A DNA stretch of 64,000 bases from Limisphaerales bacterium (GTDB lineage: Bacteria; Verrucomicrobiota; Verrucomicrobiia; Limisphaerales; UBA1100): NCBI GenBank assembly GCA_014382585.1, contig JACNJL010000035.1, positions 3,756 to 67,755 of the forward strand, in the 5' to 3' direction. Shown piece after piece: positions 1 to 9,213 of the stretch. The translations under genes and the position numbers were made by a program. Below the pieces are notes generated by a model that had not been told where the DNA came from, did no database searches, and saw nothing but the letters and a program-made list of their open reading frames with translations. Position 1 is the stretch's first letter. Every line of letters starts with the position of its first letter.

Positions 1-1003
1 GTTCTTTTCAGCATATGTCACTTCATTCGTTCGAGCTGCTTTAGGTGAAATTCTACATCTGTTGCCGAAAGAAACACTGGTGAGTAATGCTACAACGGAT
101 GGTTTTCTTTCTACAGCAGGAGATGATCAATTAGAACACATCACATCTGGTGAACTTTGCCAAATGTTTGGTAACACTCGTAAATCAATCACAGGTGATT
201 TCGAAGTGTTGGAAGCAAAACATAAAATCCGACAACCGTTGGGTTGGAGAACACGTGGTCAAGCAACACTCTTACCACTGAGAGGTGAGAAGATGATTCT
301 AGCCAAAGCTGGCATGAAGCCGAAAACACAACACAAGTTGAAACAGAACACTTGGATTGAAGATATGTTTTTCCAAAGAACCCCTGAAAAAACATATAAG
401 TTTGATGTGTTCACTAGTCTTCGTGATATATGGTTAAAGGAATATGAGTTAACAAGCTTCACCGTTAAGAAGCGATTGTCGATGGAGTACGACTGGAAAC
501 GTATGCCGTGTAATCCGGCGATGAGATCATACAATGAACACAGTCATCTATACTTCGACACAAAGCCATGGGTTGATATGATCGAATACAACAAGTGTCG
601 TGAGTCTTGGGCAGAATACAATAGCGAGAGACACGTTTGCCTAAAAACAATCGAAGATTATGATTCATTCAATGCTTATCAAACTCTCGACATTAAAGGA
701 ACAGGCTTAAAGAAATCTCGAAAAGATCCTGTCATCAAGACGGCTTGGAAGATGTTTGTCAGGTCATATGCTCGCTCTGAGTGGGGTTTAGATAAAACAC
801 AATACTCATACCCAGAAATGGCAGAATGGTTGTCAAAAGCTGGATATCCCACTAAGCGAACTGACTTCGAAAATGGTTCTCGAAAAACAATGAAGCTGAT
901 TGAGAACATTGTCCCCAAGTCAGATGAGACATTGAAATTCCTCAAGATCATTAAAGAGAGGTTCCCACAATTCTATGAAGAGAAGTTCTTCGTCGTAGAC
1001 TAA
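1..1003 (+). CDS. Hypothetical protein in the AT-rich segment. The frame is open back to the window edge, so the 5' end probably lies outside the window; the listed start at 62 is a TTG.
   Basis: The reading frame has no stop from position 2 to 1003. The sequence is much more AT-rich than downstream DNA. I recognise no catalytic motif. Confidence 0.4.
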   Translation, partial: FFSAYVTSFVRAALGEILHLLPKETLVSNATTDGFLSTAGDDQLEHITSGELCQMFGNTRKSITGDFEVLEAKHKIRQPLGWRTRGQATLLPLRGEKMILAKAGMKPKTQHKLKQNTWIEDMFFQRTPEKTYKFDVFTSLRDIWLKEYELTSFTVKKRLSMEYDWKRMPCNPAMRSYNEHSHLYFDTKPWVDMIEYNKCRESWAEYNSERHVCLKTIEDYDSFNAYQTLDIKGTGLKKSRKDPVIKTAWKMFVRSYARSEWGLDKTQYSYPEMAEWLSKAGYPTKRTDFENGSRKTMKLIENIVPKSDETLKFLKIIKERFPQFYEEKFFVVD

Positions 1004-1012
1004 ATACTTTTG

Positions 1013-1390
1013 ATGGCTGGTCTATTTGAAAAAGCATTTTTGAAATCACTGAACGAAGACACATTTGCTGATATGGTCACGGACGGAAAAGCACCAGTGT
1101 CAGAAGAAGAAGTCGATGAACTTCTTGAGCTAGAGATTCTTGAACCCACCGAACCCGATGTCTGGGAGATGTATCATCGGGGATTGATCGACAAGGAAAA
1201 GAGAGACTCTCTCCTGTCTCCATTCAAACACAAACGTCAGATGAAGAAGCTGGAACGTGTCAGAAAGCAAAAACAGGTTCGTAGGTGGCAAGGTATGAGA
1301 CAGAATCAGATCGACATGGAATTGGCTAGAAATGCTGAACCTGACGAATGGGTTCAGTACATGATCTTGAAGAGACTGGGTGTTGTGTAA
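1013..1390 (+). CDS. Hypothetical acidic or charged small protein, island-borne
   Basis: ATG at 1013 immediately after the upstream stop. The product is Glu/Asp/Lys-rich. AT-rich context. Confidence 0.4.
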   Translation: MAGLFEKAFLKSLNEDTFADMVTDGKAPVSEEEVDELLELEILEPTEPDVWEMYHRGLIDKEKRDSLLSPFKHKRQMKKLERVRKQKQVRRWQGMRQNQIDMELARNAEPDEWVQYMILKRLGVV

Positions 1391-1494
1391 TGGCTGTTTA
1401 TCCCTGATTATCTGTCTTATTTGAATTCTCTTGGTCTTCTGAACTTCTCTGAATCAGGATGGTGGGGTATTTTTTAATTACCGTCTAACAAGAA

Positions 1495-2262
1495 ATGAAA
1501 AATTTTATATTATCACTATTGATTGTAATGCTAGGAGGGTGTTGCGCCCCGGCAGTGCAGCTCAAGGGTGACGAAGGGGCTAGAGCATATAAGCGAACAC
1601 TCATTGCTGGGCCATTGATTGAGCGAGGGTCCCAGGCTAGCGTATTAGGAGGGTTGAAGCCTGATGGAAAAATTCTGAAACTTATCGAAGCGTATCATAA
1701 AACCGGGAATAATTGGAGCGAGGAGGAAAGAGAAAAAAAACTTTTCAGTTTACCTAAGAAAAAAGTCTTAGAACAACTTCTTCTTATTCTTGAGAGTGAT
1801 GATCTATTGATTTGGGAGAACTATGACTTTAACCCTTCGAACGGGTTCTCCAGCAAAAATGTGTACCCTACTGTGCTTGACCTTTTACTCGACAGTTACG
1901 GTACTAAAAAAGAGTGCGCACCAATCCAGAAATTTCTCTCCAAACTACTGAAACGTGATACCGAAAATTATATGTTTTTCACAACAGTAAGGTGTTGTGA
2001 GTTTCTGGGAAAATTCCCTGAAGACTCATCAATTCCTGTCCTCGTCAGGGCCTTGGATAATCCGGGTAAGTATAGTCTTTGGTTCAGACAGAAGCTGATC
2101 CAAACTCAAAACGTAAGAGGTGAAGCATTACATGCCTTGGAATTAATCGCGGGCGATGAGGTGTCATCTTACAAGGTAAAAGGAAAAACAGCACCCGTAG
2201 CTGCCGAGCCAAAAGACATATGGATCAAGGAAGCAAAGCAATGGTTCTCAAAGTTTCAGTGA
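1495..2262 (+). CDS. Hypothetical lipoprotein or secreted protein, possibly helical-repeat
   Basis: ATG at 1495. N-terminus MKNFILSLLIVMLGGCC is signal-peptide/lipobox-like. AT-rich codon usage unlike the rest of the window. Confidence 0.45.
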   Translation: MKNFILSLLIVMLGGCCAPAVQLKGDEGARAYKRTLIAGPLIERGSQASVLGGLKPDGKILKLIEAYHKTGNNWSEEEREKKLFSLPKKKVLEQLLLILESDDLLIWENYDFNPSNGFSSKNVYPTVLDLLLDSYGTKKECAPIQKFLSKLLKRDTENYMFFTTVRCCEFLGKFPEDSSIPVLVRALDNPGKYSLWFRQKLIQTQNVRGEALHALELIAGDEVSSYKVKGKTAPVAAEPKDIWIKEAKQWFSKFQ

Positions 2263-2319
2263 GCCACCTCTGAACTAATTATGGGAAACTCAAAAACTCA
2301 CGGATTCCAATTGTGAAAC

Positions 2320-2360
2320 TGGAGCGGGTGATGGGAATCGAACCCAACGAACATCGAACC
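2320..2360 (-). other. 3' fragment of a tRNA gene (T-arm, acceptor 3' strand and CCA) with no matching 5' half. Putative att-site remnant.
   Basis: The minus strand reads ...GGTTCGATGTTCGTTGGGTTCGATTCCCATCACCCGCTCCA. That gives a TTCGATT T-loop, a CCCAT/TTGGG stem, a 7-nt acceptor strand CACCCGC, a discriminator and CCA. The complementary GCGGGTG acceptor 5' strand is absent from the next 150 nt. Confidence 0.5.
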
Positions 2361-2618
2361 AAAGGTTTTCCCCCTCAAATCAAAGGTTTTGTCCGCCAGA
2401 TCAATGGTTTTAGCGGCAAACCAATGGCTGCTTACGACAAATCACAGCCAGTTTCCCCCAATCCAAGACTATGAATTGCCCAAACCATGGGGCATTCTCG
2501 CCGATCCATAAGCACGTTTCCGGCCGAGAAATTGCTTGAGAGTCCTGTTAATTGGGCTTTCCGTATGTGACTGCGGAAACTTGTCCCCACCGGCAAACCG
2601 TGATTAAGTCGCGTAGTT

Positions 2619-3080
2619 ATGAGCATCGAAGACAAACTTACTGAGATGGGCCTCACGCTGCCCGAGGCACCGGCGGCGGTGGCGGCTTATCAGCCGTGGA
2701 TTCGCACGGGCAACCTCGTTTTCACTTCCGGCCAGTTGCCGTGGCGCGATGGGGAGATTGCTTACGCCGGCAAGCTGGGCGCTGAGGTTTCCAATGAGGA
2801 CGGCTATCACGCTGCCCGCCAATGTGCCCTTAATGCCATCGCCCAACTCAAGGCGGCCACGGGTGATTTGGAGAAGGTGCAAAAAATCGTCCGGATTGAA
2901 GGGTACGTCCATTGCGCCGAGGGATTCAGCAGCCACCCGCAAGTGCTCAACGGCGCATCGGATTTGGTAAGTGAACTTTTCGGCGAGCGCGGCCAACACA
3001 CGCGGCTGGCGCTGGGCATCAATGAAATGCCCCTAAACGCGGCGGTGCAATTGGCGATGACGGCGGAAGTTGCCGATTGA
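2619..3080 (+). CDS. ridA: RidA/YjgF/TdcF-family (L-PSP) enamine/imine deaminase
   Basis: 153 aa. Typical RidA length and end-to-end similarity (…GQLPW…GYHAARQCALNAIAQL…RLALGINEMPLNAAVQLAMTAEV). Confidence 0.75.
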   Translation: MSIEDKLTEMGLTLPEAPAAVAAYQPWIRTGNLVFTSGQLPWRDGEIAYAGKLGAEVSNEDGYHAARQCALNAIAQLKAATGDLEKVQKIVRIEGYVHCAEGFSSHPQVLNGASDLVSELFGERGQHTRLALGINEMPLNAAVQLAMTAEVAD

Positions 3081-4454
3081 TCAAAGAATTTCTTTGATGG
3101 CTTTGCCTTGGTCGACGAGCGGGACGGGGCGGCCGGCAAAATCTTTGAAGGTGGTTTCGGGGTCGATGCCCATCACTTCGTAAATGGTGGCGAGGACGTC
3201 ATCGGGCTTGAGGGCGCGCGCGATGGGATGCTCGGCTTTGCTATTGGTGGCGCCGATGACTTGGCCGGTCTTAAGTCCGCCGCCGGCGAGGATGACGCTC
3301 ATCGCCTGGCCCCAGTGATCGCGGCCGGGAATGGGGATGCCGGGTTGGCCGCTGTTCAGCTTGGGTGTGCGGCCGAATTCGCCCATCACGACGACGAGCG
3401 TGTCGTCGAGCATGCCGCGTTGTTTTAAATCTTCCAGCAGACCGGCCACGGCGCGGTCGAGAAACGGCAGGCGTGCCTCGAGGCCAACTTTAATTTTCGA
3501 GTGCGTGTCCCAATGCGGCATGTCGACGGTCACAAAACTCACGCCCGATTCCACCATCCGCCGCGCCATCAACGTATAATGCCCCCACGGGCCGCGGCCA
3601 TAAAGGTCGCGCATCTTGGCGCTTTCCTTTTCCATGTCAAACGCCTCGCGCGCCTTGCCGCCGGTGACCATGTCCACCGCTTCCTGCTGATAACGGTCCA
3701 GCGATTCGAGCGAGCCGGATTGGTCGATGTTGCGGTTGATTTGGTCGAGGCTATCCAGCAGGCCGACGCGGTTGCCGATGCGCTCAGTGTCGCCGGCCAA
3801 ATTCGCCAACACCGGCGGCGTCTGGATTTTTGTTTTCGAGGTCGCGCCGAGGTACTTCTGTTTCATGTTGAGCTGAAACGGATTGTACGCCGCGCCAAGA
3901 TAAGCCGCGCCTTGATAGCCGGGATAAAGATAAACGCTCTCCGCCGCGGGCAAGCCCACGTACGCCGGCATGCCCTTGGCGTTGGCGCCTTTCACGCGCG
4001 AAACACAGGAACCGACCGAAGGATATTTTTGCGCCTTGTTGGCCGAGGTGCTGCCGTAGCGGCCGGTAAGCATCCAGTGCGCGGCGGCAAAGTGATCGCC
4101 CGTGTCGTGATGCACCGAACGCAGCACGCACATTTTGTCCGCGTGTTTCGCCTGCAGTGGCAGCATTTCGGAAAAGCGAATGCCCGGCACGTTGGTGGGC
4201 ATGTCCAGCCACGGCCCGCGATACTCCTTGGGCGCGGCCGGCTTGGGATCGTACGTCTCCATATGGCTCGGGCCACCATCGAGCCAAATCAAAATCACGG
4301 ATTTATTATTCCGCTTTGCTACCCCCTCCGCCCGCAACCGCAATAAATCCGCCGTGGAAAGGCCCAACACCCCGAGAAATCCCGCCTTCAACGCCGTGCG
4401 CCGCGAGAAGCCCGCGCAGTTTTTTCCGATTTGGCCGTGGTTGATTTCCAGCAT
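3081..4454 (-). CDS. DUF1501 (sulfatase-like) protein with Tat signal
   Basis: RRTALKAGFLGVLG twin-arginine leader, then DGGPSHMETYDPKP and later the GEFGRTP…GRDHW motifs typical of DUF1501. Start re-derived to the internal ATG (MLEINHG). Confidence 0.8.
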   Translation of the reverse strand: MLEINHGQIGKNCAGFSRRTALKAGFLGVLGLSTADLLRLRAEGVAKRNNKSVILIWLDGGPSHMETYDPKPAAPKEYRGPWLDMPTNVPGIRFSEMLPLQAKHADKMCVLRSVHHDTGDHFAAAHWMLTGRYGSTSANKAQKYPSVGSCVSRVKGANAKGMPAYVGLPAAESVYLYPGYQGAAYLGAAYNPFQLNMKQKYLGATSKTKIQTPPVLANLAGDTERIGNRVGLLDSLDQINRNIDQSGSLESLDRYQQEAVDMVTGGKAREAFDMEKESAKMRDLYGRGPWGHYTLMARRMVESGVSFVTVDMPHWDTHSKIKVGLEARLPFLDRAVAGLLEDLKQRGMLDDTLVVVMGEFGRTPKLNSGQPGIPIPGRDHWGQAMSVILAGGGLKTGQVIGATNSKAEHPIARALKPDDVLATIYEVMGIDPETTFKDFAGRPVPLVDQGKAIKEIL

Positions 4455-4626
4455 CGCTGTGGATTGGACGTTACAAAAGATTGTGAATTCGAGAAAGAGA
4501 GGGGCAAGGACCATTTTGGAATGACCAATTCCCAATGACCAAATCCCAAGGAATTCCCAATATTCAAAACCCAATTTGGGAATTGGTTTTTTCCTTGGTT
4601 ATTGGGCTTTGGTCATTGGTCCTTGT

Positions 4627-6015
4627 TTATTGGTCCTTCTTTTTGCCAACGGCAAAAAGCGTTCTCGTGCCGCGCAGATACAGCACTCCATCGGACATCG
4701 CGGGCGTGGCCATGAGCGTTTCGCCGACAGCGCGTTCAATGGGCGGACGAAATTGCTCGCCCGCCGTGAACACGAACACGATGCCGTCCTCGCCGGCGCA
4801 GTAGATTTTGCCGTCGGCAGCAACGGGCGAGGCGCTGAAGCCGTGGCCGCGGTGGCGGATGCGCTCGTAGTAATGTTCCCGGCCGGTCTTCAAATCGAAG
4901 CAGCCGATAAGGCCGCTGTTGTTCAGCGCGTAGACCTTGCCGCGATAGATGAGCGGCGTGGGCATGTATGGGCCGCGACGGTTTTGCCACGCAACATGTT
5001 TGCTGCCGGTGAGGTTGCCGCGGCCGCCGGCGCTCAGGCAAAAGATGGGGCGCTCGGGATGCCGACCGCTAGCGACGATGATGCGGTCCCCGGCAAACAC
5101 CGGCGTGGGCGCGGTGATTTTCGAACTGCCGCCCAGCCGCCAGAGTTCCTTGCCGGTTTCGGGGTGGTAGCCGCGGATGAATTTCGAGCCGTTGGTGACC
5201 AGTTCCGGCGCCTTGCCCGGCCACACGTTGGGCGTGCCCCACGAGGGCAGCTCGTCGCGTTTCGTGCGCCACAGTTCCTTGCCGGTTTTCACATCCAGCG
5301 CGACGATGAATGAGTCCTTCTGCGTGTCGCATTGCACAAAGACTTTGCCGCGCCAGATGATCGGCGAACTGGCCGAGCCCCATTCGTACTCCGTCAAGTC
5401 GTACGCGCCCACGTCCAGCCGACCGAGGTTTTTCTTCCACAAAAATTTCCCCGCCATCGAATACGCAAAGAGCCCTTCCGAGCCAAAAAACGCGACCACG
5501 CACTCGCCATCCGTCGCCGGCGTGGCGTTGGCGTAAGTGGCCTTGATGTGCCGCTTGTCGGTCGGCGTCTTTTTCACCGCCACACGCGACCAAAGTGTCT
5601 TGCCGGTTTTTTTGTTCAAACAAATCACGCGCCACTCGTGCACCGACCGATCCGCCGCCGCCGTGCCCGCGCCGTACAAGCCCGGCTTGAACGTGGGATC
5701 CGCGATATTGCTCACGGCGGTGGTGAGAAACAATCGTTCACCCGCAATTACCGGCGATGAGTGCGCCAAACCAGGAATTTTAACTTTGAACAAAACTCCT
5801 TCGCCCTTTGCGGCATCCCATTGGGCGGGCAGCTTCATCCCATCCGCCACGCCGGATGCATTGGGCCCGCGAAAGGAAGACCAGTCCGCCGCGCCCAAGG
5901 AGGCGGCGGATTTTGCCCAAAGTTGGCCGTACAAATAGGTGGCGGGCTTGGGCGCGAACGGTGGCGCGGCGAGGACGTAGTTAGCTGTAAAAATGAACGC
6001 AATAATCCATCGCAT
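4627..6015 (-). CDS. PQQ-like beta-propeller repeat protein, secreted
   Basis: Signal peptide MRWIIAFIFTANYVLAAP. Repeated beta-propeller blades (…LWKKNLG…, …ALDVKTGKELWR…, …ETGKELWRLG…, …CFDLKTGRE…). Start moved to the ATG at 6013-6015. Confidence 0.7.
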   Translation of the reverse strand: MRWIIAFIFTANYVLAAPPFAPKPATYLYGQLWAKSAASLGAADWSSFRGPNASGVADGMKLPAQWDAAKGEGVLFKVKIPGLAHSSPVIAGERLFLTTAVSNIADPTFKPGLYGAGTAAADRSVHEWRVICLNKKTGKTLWSRVAVKKTPTDKRHIKATYANATPATDGECVVAFFGSEGLFAYSMAGKFLWKKNLGRLDVGAYDLTEYEWGSASSPIIWRGKVFVQCDTQKDSFIVALDVKTGKELWRTKRDELPSWGTPNVWPGKAPELVTNGSKFIRGYHPETGKELWRLGGSSKITAPTPVFAGDRIIVASGRHPERPIFCLSAGGRGNLTGSKHVAWQNRRGPYMPTPLIYRGKVYALNNSGLIGCFDLKTGREHYYERIRHRGHGFSASPVAADGKIYCAGEDGIVFVFTAGEQFRPPIERAVGETLMATPAMSDGVLYLRGTRTLFAVGKKKDQ

Positions 6016-6211
6016 TTGGGGAGTATATCGCAAGGCCACCAAACAAAAAAACTCAAATTTCACGAATGAGCTATTCGGCAGCACCCAGCAATCCAAACGC
6101 ACGCCCATGTGCATTCATGCGCGACAGTTTGAGAAACAATTGGTATAACTCGGCAGGTTAATCCTTTGAACATCCAAGCAAACAAGCAAATCTTTACGCC
6201 ATCATCCAGTT

Positions 6212-7843
6212 ATGAAAACACACCTGTTCGCCGCCTCTTTTTTCATTATCCTCCTGCAGCTCAATCCTACCGCATGGGCGGCGGCGTTGCTTGTGCCGCA
6301 GGATTTCAAAACCATCCAAGCCGCAATCGACGCGACCCGAGCTGGCGATTCAATTTTGGTCAGCGCCGGTAAATACAATGAGCGCATTCGGCTCAAACCC
6401 GGCCTCACCGTTCGAAGCGCTGGTGATGACGCGAAGGGAAAACTCGGCCTGCGGCGGGCAGAGGCGACGATCATCGATGGCACCGGCGGCAAAGGGCCCG
6501 GCGTGATGATGGCGGCGGGAGCGACACTCGATGGCTTCACGGTAACAGGTGTTGGGAAATACGACGAAGCACTTTGGCAAAAACATCACGCCACACAGGG
6601 CAATCAGCAGATACACGAACACATTGGAGCGGAGGGCACGCCCGGCATCGAGGCGCGACACGATTGCACGGTAGCGAACAATATCGTCCACCACATCGGC
6701 TACACCGGCATTGCCATCACGGGCGCGGAAGACCGGCGCGTGTCACCGCGCATTGTCGACAATGTCACGTACCGCAATATGGGCGGCGGCATCGGCTCGA
6801 TGAAAAAATCGACGGCCCGCATCGAAGGCAACCTTTGCTTCGAGAATTTTTACGCAGGCATTGGCCACAACGACGCCAGCCCGATTGTCATCGACAACAG
6901 TTGCTACGGCAACATCCGTGCCGGCATTGGCATCAGCGAAGGCTCTCGACCAATCGTCCGCGGCAATCGCTGCCATCACAACCGACGCGCTGGCATCGGC
7001 ATCCGTACTGGCGCGGACACCCAACCGGTGGTGGAAGACAACGACTGCCACGAAAACGACACGGCCGGCATCGGCACCGAGGAGGGCGCGCGGCCCATCC
7101 TGCGCGGCAACCGTTGCTGGAAAAACAAACTCGCCGGCATCGGCGCACGTGATAAGGCGCAGCCGATGATTATTGAAAACGAATGTTTTGAAAACACGCT
7201 CGCCGGCATCGGAATCGAGCACGAGGCGCGCGCATTGATTTCCAGAAACCTTTGCCGCAAAAACAAAACCGCCGGCATCGGCGTACAACATCGGGCCAGG
7301 GCCACAGTGCTCGGCAACCGCTGCCTCGAGAACGCAAAGGTGGCCATTGGCGTGGGCAACGGCGCCAGTGCGCACATCGCCGGCAACCAACTCACGCGCA
7401 CCGGCGGAATGCCTCCGCTCATCGCCATTCTCAAAGGCTCAAGCGCCGTCATCACCGGCAATACGTTTACCGGCGGAGGCGTGGCCGGCGTGCTCGTGCA
7501 GGGCAGTGCGCGCATCAGCAAAAACCGTTTTGAAGGCAATGGCCCACGTCGCGGCGGTCCACCCAATTTTGCCGTGTGGGCCCACGCCGGATCAGAAGTG
7601 GAGTTTCACCAAAATGAAATCAACCGCTGGCGCCACGCCCTCTCCTCCTCCGGTGCCAAATCCGTCACCGCCCACCACAACCGCACCAGCCAATTCCTCG
7701 GCACCGCCATTGTTATCCAAAAAACCGCCACCCCCGCCCACGCCACCCACAATACCGCCCTCACCACCAACGACCAGGACGAATCCGTCACCCTAACCGG
7801 CCCCCGCGGTGTGGTGGAGGGAAATGTGTGCAGGGCAAAATGA
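6212..7843 (+). CDS. Right-handed parallel beta-helix repeat protein (NosD/pectate-lyase-like fold), secreted, with a Pro/Thr-rich C-terminal tail
   Basis: Signal peptide. About 11 consecutive 22-23-residue repeats of consensus GN-C--N--AGIG------P-I. Low-complexity PT-rich C-terminus. Confidence 0.7.
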   Translation: MKTHLFAASFFIILLQLNPTAWAAALLVPQDFKTIQAAIDATRAGDSILVSAGKYNERIRLKPGLTVRSAGDDAKGKLGLRRAEATIIDGTGGKGPGVMMAAGATLDGFTVTGVGKYDEALWQKHHATQGNQQIHEHIGAEGTPGIEARHDCTVANNIVHHIGYTGIAITGAEDRRVSPRIVDNVTYRNMGGGIGSMKKSTARIEGNLCFENFYAGIGHNDASPIVIDNSCYGNIRAGIGISEGSRPIVRGNRCHHNRRAGIGIRTGADTQPVVEDNDCHENDTAGIGTEEGARPILRGNRCWKNKLAGIGARDKAQPMIIENECFENTLAGIGIEHEARALISRNLCRKNKTAGIGVQHRARATVLGNRCLENAKVAIGVGNGASAHIAGNQLTRTGGMPPLIAILKGSSAVITGNTFTGGGVAGVLVQGSARISKNRFEGNGPRRGGPPNFAVWAHAGSEVEFHQNEINRWRHALSSSGAKSVTAHHNRTSQFLGTAIVIQKTATPAHATHNTALTTNDQDESVTLTGPRGVVEGNVCRAK

Positions 7844-7973
7844 ATCAGCTTTGCCGGCTGCGCGAAAGACGCAGATGGGTGGGCGACCTGCACCTCGCCT
7901 TCCGCAAGGTTTCAAGATTGCCCACCTCTTTTTCCGGATCCAGCACCGGAACGTAATGCTTCTAAAGCCCAGT

Positions 7974-9191
7974 TCAAAACGGGCTGGGTACGAGGAAGGC
8001 GTGTTGCTCAAGGAGGCTGAGGGTGCCGTTCCATGAAACGTACTGAGTGAAAAATAGAATAACAACGTAGCTGAAGATGAAGGGCAGTGCCAGCCCGAGA
8101 GCGGTCAATCGGCAGAACCATCTCATCAAAACGTTGGGGGACGCCTCGCCGTGTGCGGCACGGCCCATAGCCCAACCGGTCAACAACCGGGCGGGCAGGC
8201 CGAAAACCACGAAGAAGAGCGCGGGCAACCAGGTGATCTCGGCAGGGGTCAGTTCAATTTTTAAAAGAAACAACGGCACGGCGAGCACAAGAGTAGACGT
8301 AAGCGCGAACCAAAATTTAAATGGCGCGCGGCCGGCGAGACGGCACACGGGCCAGATTTCAATGAAGGCGCGGAAGCGGTTTTCGGCGGCGAACCGCACT
8401 TGCAGGAAAGGAAGGAAAAGCAACACACCCATCAGCAATGCACCGCCCACTAGCGACACGAGCACGCCGGCGTTGTGGGCGATTTTCGAGGCGAGAATCA
8501 TCAGGCCCACGGGGATGAGCAACCACAGCACCGTGCCGGCAAAGCCGCGGGTGCCGAGCCAAAACAATTCCGGAAGGCGCAGACCGTCTGCGGTTTCCCA
8601 AACGGCATCGCGGGCGGAATTGAATTTATCGGGTGTTCCCAGCCAACGAAAAAACCGAATGGGTGCGGGCCAAAAAAAGTGACGCAGTTTGCCGCCGCGA
8701 AGCAGTGCCCAAATGATGTGAAGGCAGGTCATTCCAGTGAGTATCCACAGCCCCACGCTCCAGCCGCCGACGCGATCCGGGTTTACAATCACCGCTGAGT
8801 CGCGCAGCATCGCAAGATATCGCACCGGCCAGAGCGCCAACCAAATGCCCAGAACGATGCCGCCCAGTTGCCCGGCACGGCGCACGCCGATGAAGCCATC
8901 GCGCAATCGGCCAGTGAGTGCGATGGTGCCGCTCACTCGCAGCAGGTAGCCGAGGCTAATCAGATTTACGATCGGGATTACCGAGATCACCGCCAATCCG
9001 CCGATCAAGCTCACCATTCCAAAGCACCAACCACAAACCGAGTAGGTGCCGCGGGCAAGTCGCCTCGGAAAGGATCGCTTCAGCCCGGTGGTTGACGCCT
9101 CAATTTCCGGCGGCGAAACCTCCGGCGCAGTCACAAGCACAGGTGGCACCATCCGCGGCGGCACTCCTTCATCTTGCTTCGAGGTGTTCAT
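7974..9191 (-). CDS. Polytopic integral membrane protein of unknown function
   Basis: Multiple hydrophobic helices throughout. The start codon is uncertain: the ORF is open to 9338 and I chose the internal ATG at 9189-9191. Confidence 0.45.
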   Translation of the reverse strand: MNTSKQDEGVPPRMVPPVLVTAPEVSPPEIEASTTGLKRSFPRRLARGTYSVCGWCFGMVSLIGGLAVISVIPIVNLISLGYLLRVSGTIALTGRLRDGFIGVRRAGQLGGIVLGIWLALWPVRYLAMLRDSAVIVNPDRVGGWSVGLWILTGMTCLHIIWALLRGGKLRHFFWPAPIRFFRWLGTPDKFNSARDAVWETADGLRLPELFWLGTRGFAGTVLWLLIPVGLMILASKIAHNAGVLVSLVGGALLMGVLLFLPFLQVRFAAENRFRAFIEIWPVCRLAGRAPFKFWFALTSTLVLAVPLFLLKIELTPAEITWLPALFFVVFGLPARLLTGWAMGRAAHGEASPNVLMRWFCRLTALGLALPFIFSYVVILFFTQYVSWNGTLSLLEQHAFLVPSPF

Positions 9192-9213
9192 TGAGGTATA
9201 TTCAGGGACGACA

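Noticed and set aside
2320-2420. A complete tRNA gene on the minus strand
   Set aside because: Only the T-arm, acceptor 3' strand and CCA are present. The complementary acceptor 5' strand (GCGGGTG) and any D- or anticodon-arm are not found within 150 nt. I call it a fragment.
3501-4346. 281-aa plus-strand ORF, and similar long Arg/Pro/Ala-rich ORFs at 10978-11790, 18456-19157, 29891-30793, 46343-46849, 52498-53304 and 54366-55283
   Set aside because: All overlap, in antisense or alternate frame, genes with strong family motifs. Their composition is a by-product of GC-rich third codon positions, with no independent signal.
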